From: an uncultured Akkermansia sp.
GTDB taxonomy: Bacteria; Verrucomicrobiota; Verrucomicrobiia; Verrucomicrobiales; Akkermansiaceae
Assembly: GCA_964545935.1 (NCBI GenBank)
Contig: CAZJIH010000001.1
Coordinates: forward strand, 10,805-74,804
Direction: 5' to 3'
Length of the DNA stretch: 64,000 bases
In this document: piece after piece, positions 50,223 through 60,268 of the stretch
How the letters are laid out: every line of letters starts with the position of its first letter
Numbering within the stretch: position 1 is the first letter of the stretch
The notes under the pieces: model-generated
The model's database searches: none
What the model saw: the letters and a program-made list of their open reading frames with translations, nothing else
What the model was told of the DNA's origin: nothing
Program-made: the position numbers and the translations under genes

Positions 50223-52574
50223 ATGAGTTTACACATGGATGCAAAAATGAAGACCCGCATTCTGTGGGGGGTTATCATCTTGGCTTTGATATCGTACGTA
50301 GGGTACCGCATCCACATGCACATACGGATAGAACGAGAAAATGCGGCGCAGGTGCAATTCGACAGGACAAAGGTGAAACCGGCGATGAAGAAGATGGACG
50401 GTGTCAGCTTGAAGAAACGAGGAAACGATTATAGTTTTAACACGGAAGGCATCATGCAGACGCTGAGTTCCTATCAAGATCAAGTGAGGGAACTTGAAAA
50501 GGAATGTAATGAGATATGTGACTACCTAGAGGAGAAGGCAAGCAATAGTCAACCGGAAAATGTGCGCCGGGAATGGTTTGCAAAAAAAGAACGTTTAGAG
50601 AATCTGAAAAGAGAGGTAGAACGTATAAAGAAGGATGCACAAGCTGCATACGACCGACAGGTAGAAGTGTGGGAGGCATCCGGTGCAAAAATTGGTACGG
50701 ATGTACAGGCAAAGCGTGATCAGATAAAAAAATTAATAAAGTGTGCAGTGGCACTTTACAAGTACGCCGGAGCGATGATTCGGGAAGTAGTGCCTGAAGA
50801 GAATGCATACTACGGTTATCTGCGTGATCAAAAAAAATTGAAGAAGGAGATACAGCGTCTGCAGAAGCTTCAGGCGCAAATAGAGAAAGAATACGGGAAC
50901 ATGAAAGGGGCAATGGCAGGAATTCTTCGTTCGGATGGGAAAGTAAACCCGGATGCGCAAAGTATAATGGATATTGTCACTTTGCTGAATGGTATTTGTG
51001 CGTCAGAAAAAAATGTTATCGCCCGATGGGACAAAGTCGTCCGCATAGACCCTCCGACTCTGCCTCCCCCTGCTCCTTTCGATCCGGATATACGCATTGC
51101 GACCACAGGCGATCTGGCAGAGGAGCTGGCAAGACCTTTGGTAGATGAATGGTTGAAGGCTCGGAATGTCAAACCTCCGGAGGGCGATAGTTTTGTGTGG
51201 AATACACCGGATGAAGTGACCAAGGAGATTGAAGTAAGTGTTCCCCAGAGTCTCCAAGGCAAAGAACCGGGTAAGTTGCGCATACGTATCATCACAGAGC
51301 AAAATTCTGCGGCTATCTTTTCATGGCTGAGTCCCGGTCGGGAGAAAGCTGACCTTGTACTCACCGGTCGCAGTATGAGTGATGAGCAGAGGAGGGCTTT
51401 TGAGACTTCGGGTTCAGACGGTGAGGAAGTGCACAGATCACGGGTATGTTCAGATGCGTTACTGTTTTTCCCGGGCAATGGAATCAGTCTCGATTGTTTG
51501 AATGCGGAAAAAATGAAGGAAGTGTACAAGGTGTACAGTCGCGATGATGCCGGTCGGATGGAGGCAGCATCCATTTTTGGCTTTACACCGAACGGGAGTG
51601 ATGCTGTGGCAGATGATACGAGGGATAAAAGCATTGACTCCCTCCGTGAAGAATACAAGAACTACATCATACTGGGCACGTGGCATAGGGACAGTTTGCG
51701 AAGTGGTGACGCAGTGAGTCCCTTTCACGGGCACGAGCTGAGCTATTCGTCCGGTATAAGTATGGATTCAAGTAAGGTGGCTTCTGCTTACAGGCACTTC
51801 CGGAAAGAATATCAGAACAAAGGCTGTCATCCCTCAGAGCCTACTATTAATTCTCAACGGTATGCGTATGCTTACGACATTAACTTTTATCGCTCCACAA
51901 CGCCGAAACCGGAGGCAGCAGCAGGTAAAGATTTGCTCGAGTGGGCGGGCAACGCAGGAAGTGGAGATGTTGCGAAGCTTGTGAGAAAACGGGGCTTTGT
52001 TCCGGTGATGCCGCAGGAGCCTAACGCCGATGACCAGTTAACAAATGAAGACCTACCGATTGATAAATTGATACAGAAGCTGCCTAAGAGCTTTGGCTAC
52101 ACGCGTGATGAGACCGTATGGATAAGGGGTACACGTATTGAGATACCCCTGCTTTATGATGTAGGAGATAGTAAGGTATCGGTAGATTCAATATATAAGA
52201 GCGGTGTGACAAAGGCTCTGGAATACATGAAAAAACTGACGCAGGGAAGGCGTGCCTGTTTGGTGTTGGTAGGACATGCCGATCCTCAGTACGGCAAGAA
52301 ACTCGATGTCGGCGATAGGTCATGGAATTTCAATGACAAGCTATCTCGTGAGCGTGCGGATTCCATCTACACCGACATTTTCGGCAAGGAATGTCCGGAT
52401 ACATCGACCTTGATGCACGTTACGTTGGGATGTTCTTGGGCGCTTCCTGTATTAGATATCGATTTGAGTAAGGGAATTGCAGAGCAAGAAGGTGCGTTGA
52501 GACGCTGCCGTCGTGTGGAGGTGTTTCTCGTTTTTCCACGTGACACTGAGGAGAAAGGGGAAAAGAAGGAATAA
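50223..52574 (+). CDS. Membrane-anchored coiled-coil + PstS-like binding domain + OmpA-like peptidoglycan-binding protein
   Basis: N-terminal TM; heptad region; IRIATTGDLAEELARPLV...ADLVLTGRSM...RGFVP (PstS-like); VGHAD...NDKLSRERA...RRVEV (OmpA-C). Confidence 0.7.
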   Translation: MSLHMDAKMKTRILWGVIILALISYVGYRIHMHIRIERENAAQVQFDRTKVKPAMKKMDGVSLKKRGNDYSFNTEGIMQTLSSYQDQVRELEKECNEICDYLEEKASNSQPENVRREWFAKKERLENLKREVERIKKDAQAAYDRQVEVWEASGAKIGTDVQAKRDQIKKLIKCAVALYKYAGAMIREVVPEENAYYGYLRDQKKLKKEIQRLQKLQAQIEKEYGNMKGAMAGILRSDGKVNPDAQSIMDIVTLLNGICASEKNVIARWDKVVRIDPPTLPPPAPFDPDIRIATTGDLAEELARPLVDEWLKARNVKPPEGDSFVWNTPDEVTKEIEVSVPQSLQGKEPGKLRIRIITEQNSAAIFSWLSPGREKADLVLTGRSMSDEQRRAFETSGSDGEEVHRSRVCSDALLFFPGNGISLDCLNAEKMKEVYKVYSRDDAGRMEAASIFGFTPNGSDAVADDTRDKSIDSLREEYKNYIILGTWHRDSLRSGDAVSPFHGHELSYSSGISMDSSKVASAYRHFRKEYQNKGCHPSEPTINSQRYAYAYDINFYRSTTPKPEAAAGKDLLEWAGNAGSGDVAKLVRKRGFVPVMPQEPNADDQLTNEDLPIDKLIQKLPKSFGYTRDETVWIRGTRIEIPLLYDVGDSKVSVDSIYKSGVTKALEYMKKLTQGRRACLVLVGHADPQYGKKLDVGDRSWNFNDKLSRERADSIYTDIFGKECPDTSTLMHVTLGCSWALPVLDIDLSKGIAEQEGALRRCRRVEVFLVFPRDTEEKGEKKE

Positions 52575-52589
52575 GTATGACTTTGCTCG

Positions 52590-54134
52590 ATGGATACCCA
52601 AGTTCTTCTTCTGTGTGTTCCGTTGGTAGTGGCGGCAGTAGCCTTGGGTGCCGGTATGATTGCACGGGAGGATATCACCCGCGAGGGGTTAACCGATGCT
52701 TCGGATGATGCCGCTAGGGACTGGGAAGGCTTATTCAAGAGGCGAGAGGGGAATAGACTGAAGGATTACACAGGGAAAGTAGATGATTACGTCCGCCAAC
52801 TCAGGGATGAGGCTAAGAAGAGGGGGCTACGCACGGACGGGTATGTGATGGATCGTGTCGAGACGATCTGCAAAGCGCTGGATCCGACAAATCGCATACG
52901 CAAAGCACCTTCGTTGAGTGATTTACGCGAACTATCTCAACAACGCGAACAAAGCATCTTTAGTGCGAACCTCTTTCGTTCACTCATTCCGAGTATCTTG
53001 GTACTGGGTATAGGGTGTACCTTGTTCGGCGTGCACGACGTGTTATCACATTCGAATGCCGGCGATCAGTTAATGCGATTGCTTGGGGAGGCACTGCTTC
53101 CCGGTGCTCTGGCTGTGATGGGTACGATTATTTTATTTTTTTTACGTGGGGTATACAACAAGGAGTACGCGGCACTCATACGTGCACTCGATAGGTTGAC
53201 CTTGCACCTTCTATTGCCCTATTTTCAAGAACCGGACCCCACACTTCATTCCCTGAACGAATACGTGCGGCAGCTGAACGCAAGTGTGGGAGGCAACACG
53301 GGGCAGCAGAACGTGAATTTAAAGGAAGGGATACAAACACTTAATGGTGCGCTAGTGCAATGGAACGAGAGAGCTAATGACTGCATGGAGACTCTGACTC
53401 ATGCTGTGGAACGGATAAACTTCATCGGGCATGCCGCGCGGGACATCCAAGAAAAAAATGGAAAGCATTTCGAGAAGATCGGTGAAATGTCGAAGGATAT
53501 GCAGCTGCGTAGTAGTAACCGTAGTCAAAATGCACAAACTCTTTTAGCACAAACATACCATGCACTCCATTCATTCTGTAAAGTATTGCAGACTGTCTCC
53601 GAAAAAGTAAACGGACGCGATCAGAGCAAACAACGGCTTGTTGAACAGAAAAAGAGATTGGACGAAAAATTGCCGGAGATGGAAGAGGGGCAAGCTGTCT
53701 TGCGGTCAGATGCGCAAAATTGTATTCAGCTGATTCAATGGGCGCAGATGCTATCATCTCTCGCCGGGAAATGGGAAAAAGAAACGAGTGCCGGCATCCT
53801 CTTGTTGCTCTCACATCTCACTGAACATCAGAATACTATGACATCGCGGATGGTCTCACTGCCTGAGTCCTCAGAGTCTTATGTGGAGCAAATGCGCCAA
53901 GCGGCACAGGAAAACGCAGTTAAAATGTTCCAATGGCTGAATCGTATCAATGAGCGAACTCGCGCCTATGAAAAGGTAATAAGGGAACAAAACGAGAGGT
54001 GTCGAGACATCATCTCCGGTCCGCTATATCCATCCGGTCGTTGGGGAATTTATATGAGAGTAGCGGATACTTTTTGTCGCGTAAAATGGTGGTTCTATGC
54101 TATTGTCTTTGTTTTTATACTGATATACGCATGA
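52590..54134 (+). CDS. ZorA/MotA-like stator subunit, paralogue 1 (coiled-coil tail, C-terminal TM)
   Basis: TM1, soluble domain, SILVLGIGCTLFG / EALLPGALAVMGTIILFFLRGVY hairpin, long helical tail. Confidence 0.65.
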   Translation: MDTQVLLLCVPLVVAAVALGAGMIAREDITREGLTDASDDAARDWEGLFKRREGNRLKDYTGKVDDYVRQLRDEAKKRGLRTDGYVMDRVETICKALDPTNRIRKAPSLSDLRELSQQREQSIFSANLFRSLIPSILVLGIGCTLFGVHDVLSHSNAGDQLMRLLGEALLPGALAVMGTIILFFLRGVYNKEYAALIRALDRLTLHLLLPYFQEPDPTLHSLNEYVRQLNASVGGNTGQQNVNLKEGIQTLNGALVQWNERANDCMETLTHAVERINFIGHAARDIQEKNGKHFEKIGEMSKDMQLRSSNRSQNAQTLLAQTYHALHSFCKVLQTVSEKVNGRDQSKQRLVEQKKRLDEKLPEMEEGQAVLRSDAQNCIQLIQWAQMLSSLAGKWEKETSAGILLLLSHLTEHQNTMTSRMVSLPESSESYVEQMRQAAQENAVKMFQWLNRINERTRAYEKVIREQNERCRDIISGPLYPSGRWGIYMRVADTFCRVKWWFYAIVFVFILIYA

Positions 54135-55108
54135 TAGATATAGGGTACATTCTCGGTATGGTTGGAGCCGGTGGTACGGTTTCACTTTTTTTGGTCGGGA
54201 TAGGTATTTTCTTTATCTACGGGCTTCTTGCGGCTGTGTTCAGCATCGTCGGGGTATGCAGAGAGCGAAGTGAGCTCGGGAGTGTACGCGACGGCAAAGA
54301 GATTGTAACCCCGGAGGATGTAAAGGATGTATTCCGCATCCCATGGTTGGATTTCGAGATGCGTCCTAAGCACTTAGAATTACGGAAGGCAGCTATAGAT
54401 GAATGCATGAGGAAATGGCGTGAATCAGCGGATACGGATAAAGATAAACTTCCCATTCTCCCGACCTTGAGTGATTTGCACGAACTTACCCTGTATCGTG
54501 AGTCCCACCGCAGTAGTTCCTCTGCCCTTACAACGAGTATTTCGGTGTTGCTCATCGCAGGTATCTGCGGTACAATGCTTAACGTTCATAGTGCCTTGGG
54601 AGAGGGTGTGGATATGTTGGCTGACCTCGAACAGGCACTTGAACCGGCACGCTATGCTGTGCGCTTCACAATTATTTTACTCATTCTAAAGGGTATATAT
54701 ACGGCATTGGTAACGCATTATATCGCTAAGTTGGATTCTTATACGATAAAAAAGATCATGCCGGACCAACATAAAGAAATTTATAAGAGGGTTGTGACCT
54801 GTTACCAAGAAACTGCCGAAGGGATGAAAACATTCCGCGATTCTGATATCAGGCGTTTTTGTAGCGATGCGTCCGGAGAACTGGCGGAAACAAAAAAGCA
54901 TGTTGACACGAGTTGTGGCAAACATAAGGAAGACATAGTAGCGTGGAAGGAGTTTTCTTTTCCTGTGTACGAGTCATCCCGACAGGTACATGTTGAAACA
55001 GCTTCCCCTTTGCCGGAAGCTGCAACACCGGAACAGGTACGAGCATGGGATGAGTTGAATCAATCCGTCACCGGCATCGTACAACGCATTGCTCATTCAT
55101 CCTCATGA
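54131..55108 (+). CDS. ZorA/MotA-like stator subunit, paralogue 2 (short tail)
   Basis: LLIAGICGTML / QALEPARYAVRFTIILLILKGIY; ATGA overlap with the previous stop fixes the start at 54131. Confidence 0.65.
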   Translation: MIDIGYILGMVGAGGTVSLFLVGIGIFFIYGLLAAVFSIVGVCRERSELGSVRDGKEIVTPEDVKDVFRIPWLDFEMRPKHLELRKAAIDECMRKWRESADTDKDKLPILPTLSDLHELTLYRESHRSSSSALTTSISVLLIAGICGTMLNVHSALGEGVDMLADLEQALEPARYAVRFTIILLILKGIYTALVTHYIAKLDSYTIKKIMPDQHKEIYKRVVTCYQETAEGMKTFRDSDIRRFCSDASGELAETKKHVDTSCGKHKEDIVAWKEFSFPVYESSRQVHVETASPLPEAATPEQVRAWDELNQSVTGIVQRIAHSSS

Positions 55109-56630
55109 AACAAACAGAATAACCCTATTCTCGTCCGTGGAACGATACGAAATCATCTGCTTGCTTTTCAAATTGGTGCTGCTCATTGCAGCTTGGTTCA
55201 TGGTACGTGATATTTTGCGTATTGTTAGACAATTACGAGCTTTTCGTGACATTACCATCGGGATAGGAATTGCCAGCGGGGATACGCGTTCGCCCGAAGA
55301 AATCGCGGGTGATGTGAAACCAAAGCTCGATAATATCGGAAAAAACAGGGAAGACCATTACGTTATTCGTCGATTACGGTTTGCCATTGAAATGGTGCTG
55401 GGCGATGATAGTGGTCAAATGCAATTGCCGTCAGTCGATGAATGGTATATCCGTGAGATGGAAGAAGAGAACACACGCGTATCTGTAAGTATTGCCCGTA
55501 CTTTAGTGGCATCTTTGTTGATCATGGGGATTGTCGGTACCCTTATATGTCTCCACGGCGATAGCCTTGAGAAAATTGCTGCCGGAAAAATCGATGCACT
55601 GCATGTAGCTCTGCAGCCGAGTCTATGGGCTATCGGAGGTACTATCGTTTTACTTGCCTTGCGTGGTTTCTACAGGTCTGTGTTCGAACGCCTAGAAAGT
55701 CTCATTAGTCGCTATACCCTCGAGGTAATCCTTCCTTGCTTTCAATTATCCACGAGTACGGAGCAGATGGAGGAAGATATGACTCAATCCGTGGATATCC
55801 TCAATGGATGTATCAGGCGCATTGCAAATAATTTTCGTCAGAATGTCTACCCTTTTGTTTACGAAGTATGCAGGTACAGACAGAGCATGGGGAGCATTCT
55901 CAACTCACTCGGAACAAATTGTGAATCCATACCGGAAACGGCAGGTGGCATGGATGAAAATATGGAAAAAGGGAAGCGGAACATGCAGCAGATACACGAC
56001 ATCTACCAACAAGTACTACCCATTCTCCGTGAAATGGATACTCTGCTGGTTGCCATCCCGAACAAACTTCAAAATTTGCTATCCCTGATGCAGAAGCACT
56101 TAGGTAAGTTTACTGCACTTTCGTCTGAGCTATCTTCTGTTCCGCAAAATACAGTCGGTCAACTTGCCCCGGAGCTGAAGAAGGTGTTCGATAATCTTAG
56201 GGAGCGGTACCGGCGCGCACAAACGCGAATTTATACCCTCCGTACCCATGATCAACAAAGTTTATTGGATAGTATTCAAAATGAGGTTAAAGCGCTGGAA
56301 AATACGGAAGCCTCACTGAATAATTCGATGTCTCCCATGAATGATGCGATTCAGGACATTCGTAATTTGATTGCCTGTTTACAGAACATGAAAAATGCCT
56401 ATACGGAGACTACACTTGCGCAGGCTAAATGCATGGAAGAGTGTAAAAAAAAGCTGGATAGTCTCCGGACGGAGCTTTCTGAAAGAGGGAAGCGGGTTAA
56501 TTACATTTGCGCCGCCCTGCGTCGTCGATACCTAGCCTACCGCAAGCGTCCGTGGTTGTTCTTAAATCGGTGGGATTTGCTGGCATCGTCTCTTCTTCTC
56601 GGACTGCTTGTCCTGAAACTATATCTTTGA
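55089..56630 (+). CDS. ZorA/MotA-like stator subunit, paralogue 3 (coiled-coil tail, C-terminal TM)
   Basis: LLIMGIVGTLI / VALQPSLWAIGGTIVLLALRGFY; start may be GTG 55137. Confidence 0.65.
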   Translation: MLIHPHETNRITLFSSVERYEIICLLFKLVLLIAAWFMVRDILRIVRQLRAFRDITIGIGIASGDTRSPEEIAGDVKPKLDNIGKNREDHYVIRRLRFAIEMVLGDDSGQMQLPSVDEWYIREMEEENTRVSVSIARTLVASLLIMGIVGTLICLHGDSLEKIAAGKIDALHVALQPSLWAIGGTIVLLALRGFYRSVFERLESLISRYTLEVILPCFQLSTSTEQMEEDMTQSVDILNGCIRRIANNFRQNVYPFVYEVCRYRQSMGSILNSLGTNCESIPETAGGMDENMEKGKRNMQQIHDIYQQVLPILREMDTLLVAIPNKLQNLLSLMQKHLGKFTALSSELSSVPQNTVGQLAPELKKVFDNLRERYRRAQTRIYTLRTHDQQSLLDSIQNEVKALENTEASLNNSMSPMNDAIQDIRNLIACLQNMKNAYTETTLAQAKCMEECKKKLDSLRTELSERGKRVNYICAALRRRYLAYRKRPWLFLNRWDLLASSLLLGLLVLKLYL

Positions 56631-56633
56631 ATT

Positions 56634-57995
56634 ATGGACCCTGATTTCATTGTTTTTGCCGTAATAATTATTTTTGCCATAGGTCTCGCTGGCATGCTTT
56701 GCGCACTGATGCGCGTTTGCTTTTATTCCCGTAATCTAGAGCAGTACAAAAAAAACTACAAAAAACAGATTAGACAGGAAGGGGGGAAAGTAATTTTGAA
56801 GACTCAAAAGGAGGATAGGGATCCCCTCGATGAACGGTGCCGCATTCTTGAGGAAGTTCTTGCTGATGCCAATGGTGCATGCCGTATCCCGGAACTTCAT
56901 GACCTCAATGAATACACTATACAAGTAGAATTCGCCGGTATCCCTCCCTCGCTCCTGCGTATTATTATCTCCTTCCTCCTAATCGTCGGCATATTTGGCA
57001 CTCTTTCGGGAGTTGAGGGTCTCTTAAACAACGGTAATATTGATATCAAGGAACTACCACCGGCTTTGCGTCCGAGTATGTTTGCCGTAGGCGGTACCGT
57101 ACTCCTCCTCTGGGCTCGCGGTATCTACGATTATTTTTTCCGGAAATACCTACAAGAACTCAATTCTTTCACAATGGAAAAACTTTTACCCGCCTTACCC
57201 TTGAATTTTTCAGGAAACTCCGGTAGCGTGGGACTGGAACAGTTACAATCGCAGAATCGGGGGTTCCAAAATGATATGAGTGACTTCAAAAAGAGTGTGA
57301 ACGCTTTAGAGGGTTTGTGCAAAAACTTGACTCAAGAAAAGGAGCTCCTGAGTAATAAAGTAAACTTACTGGACAAAGCAGCCGAGGGGGTCACCGGCAT
57401 GACTGTGCGCATCAAAGAAAATGAGAAGTTGCATGGTGTAATATCTAATCAACACCAGGTGCTTCTCGCAGATGTACCTGAATCGGTCGAGGATATCAAA
57501 CTAAAACTTAGCATGCTTAAGCAACTCAATCAGGTCATGGATAGCATCACCGGTGTCTTCCTTTCTCTCGCTGAAAGCGTTGAAGGTACCGGCAGACAGA
57601 TGAAGGATCTTTTAGAAGTTGCCGAAGAAATTCCTACTTTTACCGGTGAAATGCGCGAGTATTCTGACTCCATACGCCAAATGTGCGAAATGCGTGCAAA
57701 ATTTTCATCCGCTTCAGAATCTCTCGAAAGTCAAATAAAGGAACTAGCCCATCTCGAACAGTCTATCTCCGAAAAAATTGAGACACCTGCCCGCACCTTT
57801 TTGGACGAATTACAAACCCTCCTTCAATCTCGTCAAATACAACAAAATGATTTCGATGCCTATCTGAAAGGATATGACGCTGAAGTTAAAAAAATCTTTG
57901 CTTCCATCCAAAAATCTATTGATGATTTTGAAATAAAGTCTTGCAATGATTTGGCAAAAGAATTAGATAAACGTACAGATGAACTAGGTATATGA
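56634..57995 (+). CDS. ZorA/MotA-like stator subunit, paralogue 4 (coiled-coil tail)
   Basis: LLIVGIFGTLSG / PALRPSMFAVGGTVLLLWARGIY; ATGA overlap with the ZorB-like gene. Confidence 0.7.
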   Translation: MDPDFIVFAVIIIFAIGLAGMLCALMRVCFYSRNLEQYKKNYKKQIRQEGGKVILKTQKEDRDPLDERCRILEEVLADANGACRIPELHDLNEYTIQVEFAGIPPSLLRIIISFLLIVGIFGTLSGVEGLLNNGNIDIKELPPALRPSMFAVGGTVLLLWARGIYDYFFRKYLQELNSFTMEKLLPALPLNFSGNSGSVGLEQLQSQNRGFQNDMSDFKKSVNALEGLCKNLTQEKELLSNKVNLLDKAAEGVTGMTVRIKENEKLHGVISNQHQVLLADVPESVEDIKLKLSMLKQLNQVMDSITGVFLSLAESVEGTGRQMKDLLEVAEEIPTFTGEMREYSDSIRQMCEMRAKFSSASESLESQIKELAHLEQSISEKIETPARTFLDELQTLLQSRQIQQNDFDAYLKGYDAEVKKIFASIQKSIDDFEIKSCNDLAKELDKRTDELGI

Positions 57996-59296
57996 GCAAA
58001 TACTTCTCACAACAAGAGGAAAACTTCTGGCCCTGTGTCAGTGATATGTTTCTGGCACTCTTTATTATTGCTTTGGCTCTGTTCTCCCAAGTAAAAAATA
58101 GTAATGAAAAAGGTGACATTCGTCAGGAAAAACTCATGGCAGATGAAACCTGCCGCCTTATTGAAGCCCTCGCCGAAGCTTTCCCGGATGATGATTGCAT
58201 CAGCTCATTGACGCAAAAATTGGAACAAATCCGCGAGCAGCACAGTAATAGTACATCCTGCAACCTAGGGAAGGACTGCGAAATGAATAAGGCACTGACT
58301 CAACTCCCTCAATCTCAAAGTGTACAATTTCTTCTCGAACGACGGTTTGATGCTGACGATGTACCGGGAAAGGATGACTTGCACCACAGCAACGCTGTAA
58401 ACTATTTTTATGAGTTTGTTATTCCGGAAGGGGCGTCAATGAATTTAAGTGATGACGAGCGACTGAGTCAAGCTCACCAAAAAATTCTACGCAGTATTGT
58501 TAGAAATAATGAAGACAGAATAAAAACACTGTCAGATTCAAAGGACAAGGATAAGAGTGAGCTTCTGCGCAGGCTTGCGGACGCGCAGGCAGCTTCCATG
58601 AAGAAAGATAGGCACATAGAACAGATCGAGGGAGATAAAAAGAACCTTCAGACAGAGATCTATGAGAAGGATCGACGGATAGCGGCGATAAACCAAGCAG
58701 ACAGAGCGAAAGATAAACAGCTTGTTGAATTGAAGGAGAGACTAAGCGCAGATATGCGACCACGCATCATGGATAACCTGAGAGAAATAATTGACGTTAC
58801 AGGATGTGGCAATCTTGTAGAAATTGACCGGGAAGCCGGTGTGTTGAGTATACCTTTCGGTACCCTTACGTTCAAAAATAGAAACGAAACACCGGACCCA
58901 CATAAGCCCTTTGCTAATCAGACTAGTGAAGAGAATCTTAAAAAAATAGCGGATGCCCTTTACCGATTCATGGAGGAGGACAGTAAGGAGCACTTAGTTG
59001 ATACCATAACCATTGAAGGACACGCAGACCCGCATGTTCGTGGACCGTTATTTGAGTATGCCAATGATGAGGCAAGTGCTTGGCGAGCACTGGGAACTTG
59101 GCTCGTTCTTAACAAGTTATGTGGCAATAAACTCGAAAATTACAGGAACGCAAAAGGACATGCAATTTTCGGTATTGCCGGCTATGGCAGCCGAAATTGC
59201 CCGGCGAGAGGGATGAATGAAACGGAAAATGACTATAAAAATCGCTGCCGCCGCATTGATATTCGCTTTATCCCTGCCCCGAAAAGCAATCCGTAA
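57992..59296 (+). CDS. ZorB/MotB-like protein with OmpA-like peptidoglycan-binding domain
   Basis: EENFWPCVSDMFLALFII (conserved W and channel Asp in a single TM), coiled coil, IEGHAD...NDEASAWRA...GYG...RRIDIRF. Confidence 0.85.
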   Translation: MSKYFSQQEENFWPCVSDMFLALFIIALALFSQVKNSNEKGDIRQEKLMADETCRLIEALAEAFPDDDCISSLTQKLEQIREQHSNSTSCNLGKDCEMNKALTQLPQSQSVQFLLERRFDADDVPGKDDLHHSNAVNYFYEFVIPEGASMNLSDDERLSQAHQKILRSIVRNNEDRIKTLSDSKDKDKSELLRRLADAQAASMKKDRHIEQIEGDKKNLQTEIYEKDRRIAAINQADRAKDKQLVELKERLSADMRPRIMDNLREIIDVTGCGNLVEIDREAGVLSIPFGTLTFKNRNETPDPHKPFANQTSEENLKKIADALYRFMEEDSKEHLVDTITIEGHADPHVRGPLFEYANDEASAWRALGTWLVLNKLCGNKLENYRNAKGHAIFGIAGYGSRNCPARGMNETENDYKNRCRRIDIRFIPAPKSNP

Positions 59297-59324
59297 CTTG
59301 CTTCTCACCTTACTCTAAGATGGA

Positions 59325-60071
59325 ATGGAAGACCTGCTGAATTCTCTAAAAATATTTTTTTGTGCTCTAAACGATCACGGGCTTATCGTGAAATGGGTTT
59401 TGCACAGTACACTTGTCGCTGTTGCTTCTTTTTTTATCTTGTGGGGATGGGTATGGTTATGGAATAAAAAATGGTGCTCTGACAACAAAGGTTGGATGGC
59501 TACCCTTGTTGTGCTATTTTTCGGGATGTGGTTTTGTGTCGGAATAACGCGTGACGCGGCGAAGAGTTTGCGCGAGAGTTCTGAACTGATGCGGAAAGAT
59601 TTCGATGGTGTGTCTATCTATTGGATGCGTCTGAATGGCATTTTTGAACAAGTGGAACAAAATCATAATCGGGAACAAATCGATGAAAAATTACTCTTTA
59701 ATGCTATCTGTAAACATATTTTTAACTACCAATACGAAAATCCCCTCGCGCTGTTCTTCCCGATCAAACATACTGATTTCAATTTACCGGTCAAAGCTGA
59801 TCTGCGTCTGAACGATATGTACAGAAACAGAGGAATGAAAATAGCCGAAGAGATACTCCGCGAAAAAAGACCCGACATTCAAAAATATGCGGCAGCAGCC
59901 ATCGCTGAACGCCAACGGGAAGACAACAAAAAAATATTCACCGAATACAGCGACGCCCTTCCCCTTGACCGTCTCCTCTGCATCTTTATTCCCCTGTGTC
60001 TCCTTCTCATTCCTATTTCCGTAAAGGATATCAGGGTCATTTCCGCCTGCGAGAAATCTTTGGATTGTTAA
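59325..60071 (+). CDS. 3-TM membrane protein, 'WNKKW' family, divergent paralogue 2
   Basis: WGWVWLWNKKW...RDA and C-terminal LLIPISVKDIRVI match motifs of 46358-47047. Confidence 0.65.
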   Translation: MEDLLNSLKIFFCALNDHGLIVKWVLHSTLVAVASFFILWGWVWLWNKKWCSDNKGWMATLVVLFFGMWFCVGITRDAAKSLRESSELMRKDFDGVSIYWMRLNGIFEQVEQNHNREQIDEKLLFNAICKHIFNYQYENPLALFFPIKHTDFNLPVKADLRLNDMYRNRGMKIAEEILREKRPDIQKYAAAAIAERQREDNKKIFTEYSDALPLDRLLCIFIPLCLLLIPISVKDIRVISACEKSLDC

Positions 60072-60159
60072 TTGACTATTGAAGCATAATGGCGTTTCCG
60101 TTGCGCCTAACTCATGCACTTCGTACTTTGCTCTTTGACCAGATGCGCAAAATTAGTGC

Positions 60160-60188
60160 TGGACATCATAATAAAAATGAGATATAAT
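60160..60188 (+). promoter_or_regulatory. Promoter of the tubulin locus, copy 2
   Basis: TGGACA-17-TATAAT. Confidence 0.6.
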
Positions 60189-60268
60189 CCCGTCGTAGGT
60201 TGATGTGCCCTCGGGTCGATTAATCTCGCACAAATCGACATCTGCCTGCAAAAAGAATAAACACGTCT

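Noticed and set aside
52590-59296. Flagellar MotAB or ordinary ExbBD/TolQR
   Set aside because: Long coiled-coil tails, four A-type paralogues and a B subunit with FW...D plus an OmpA domain fit the Zorya-like type better; no flagellar genes nearby, and an ordinary exbBD pair is at 35.6-36.9 kb.
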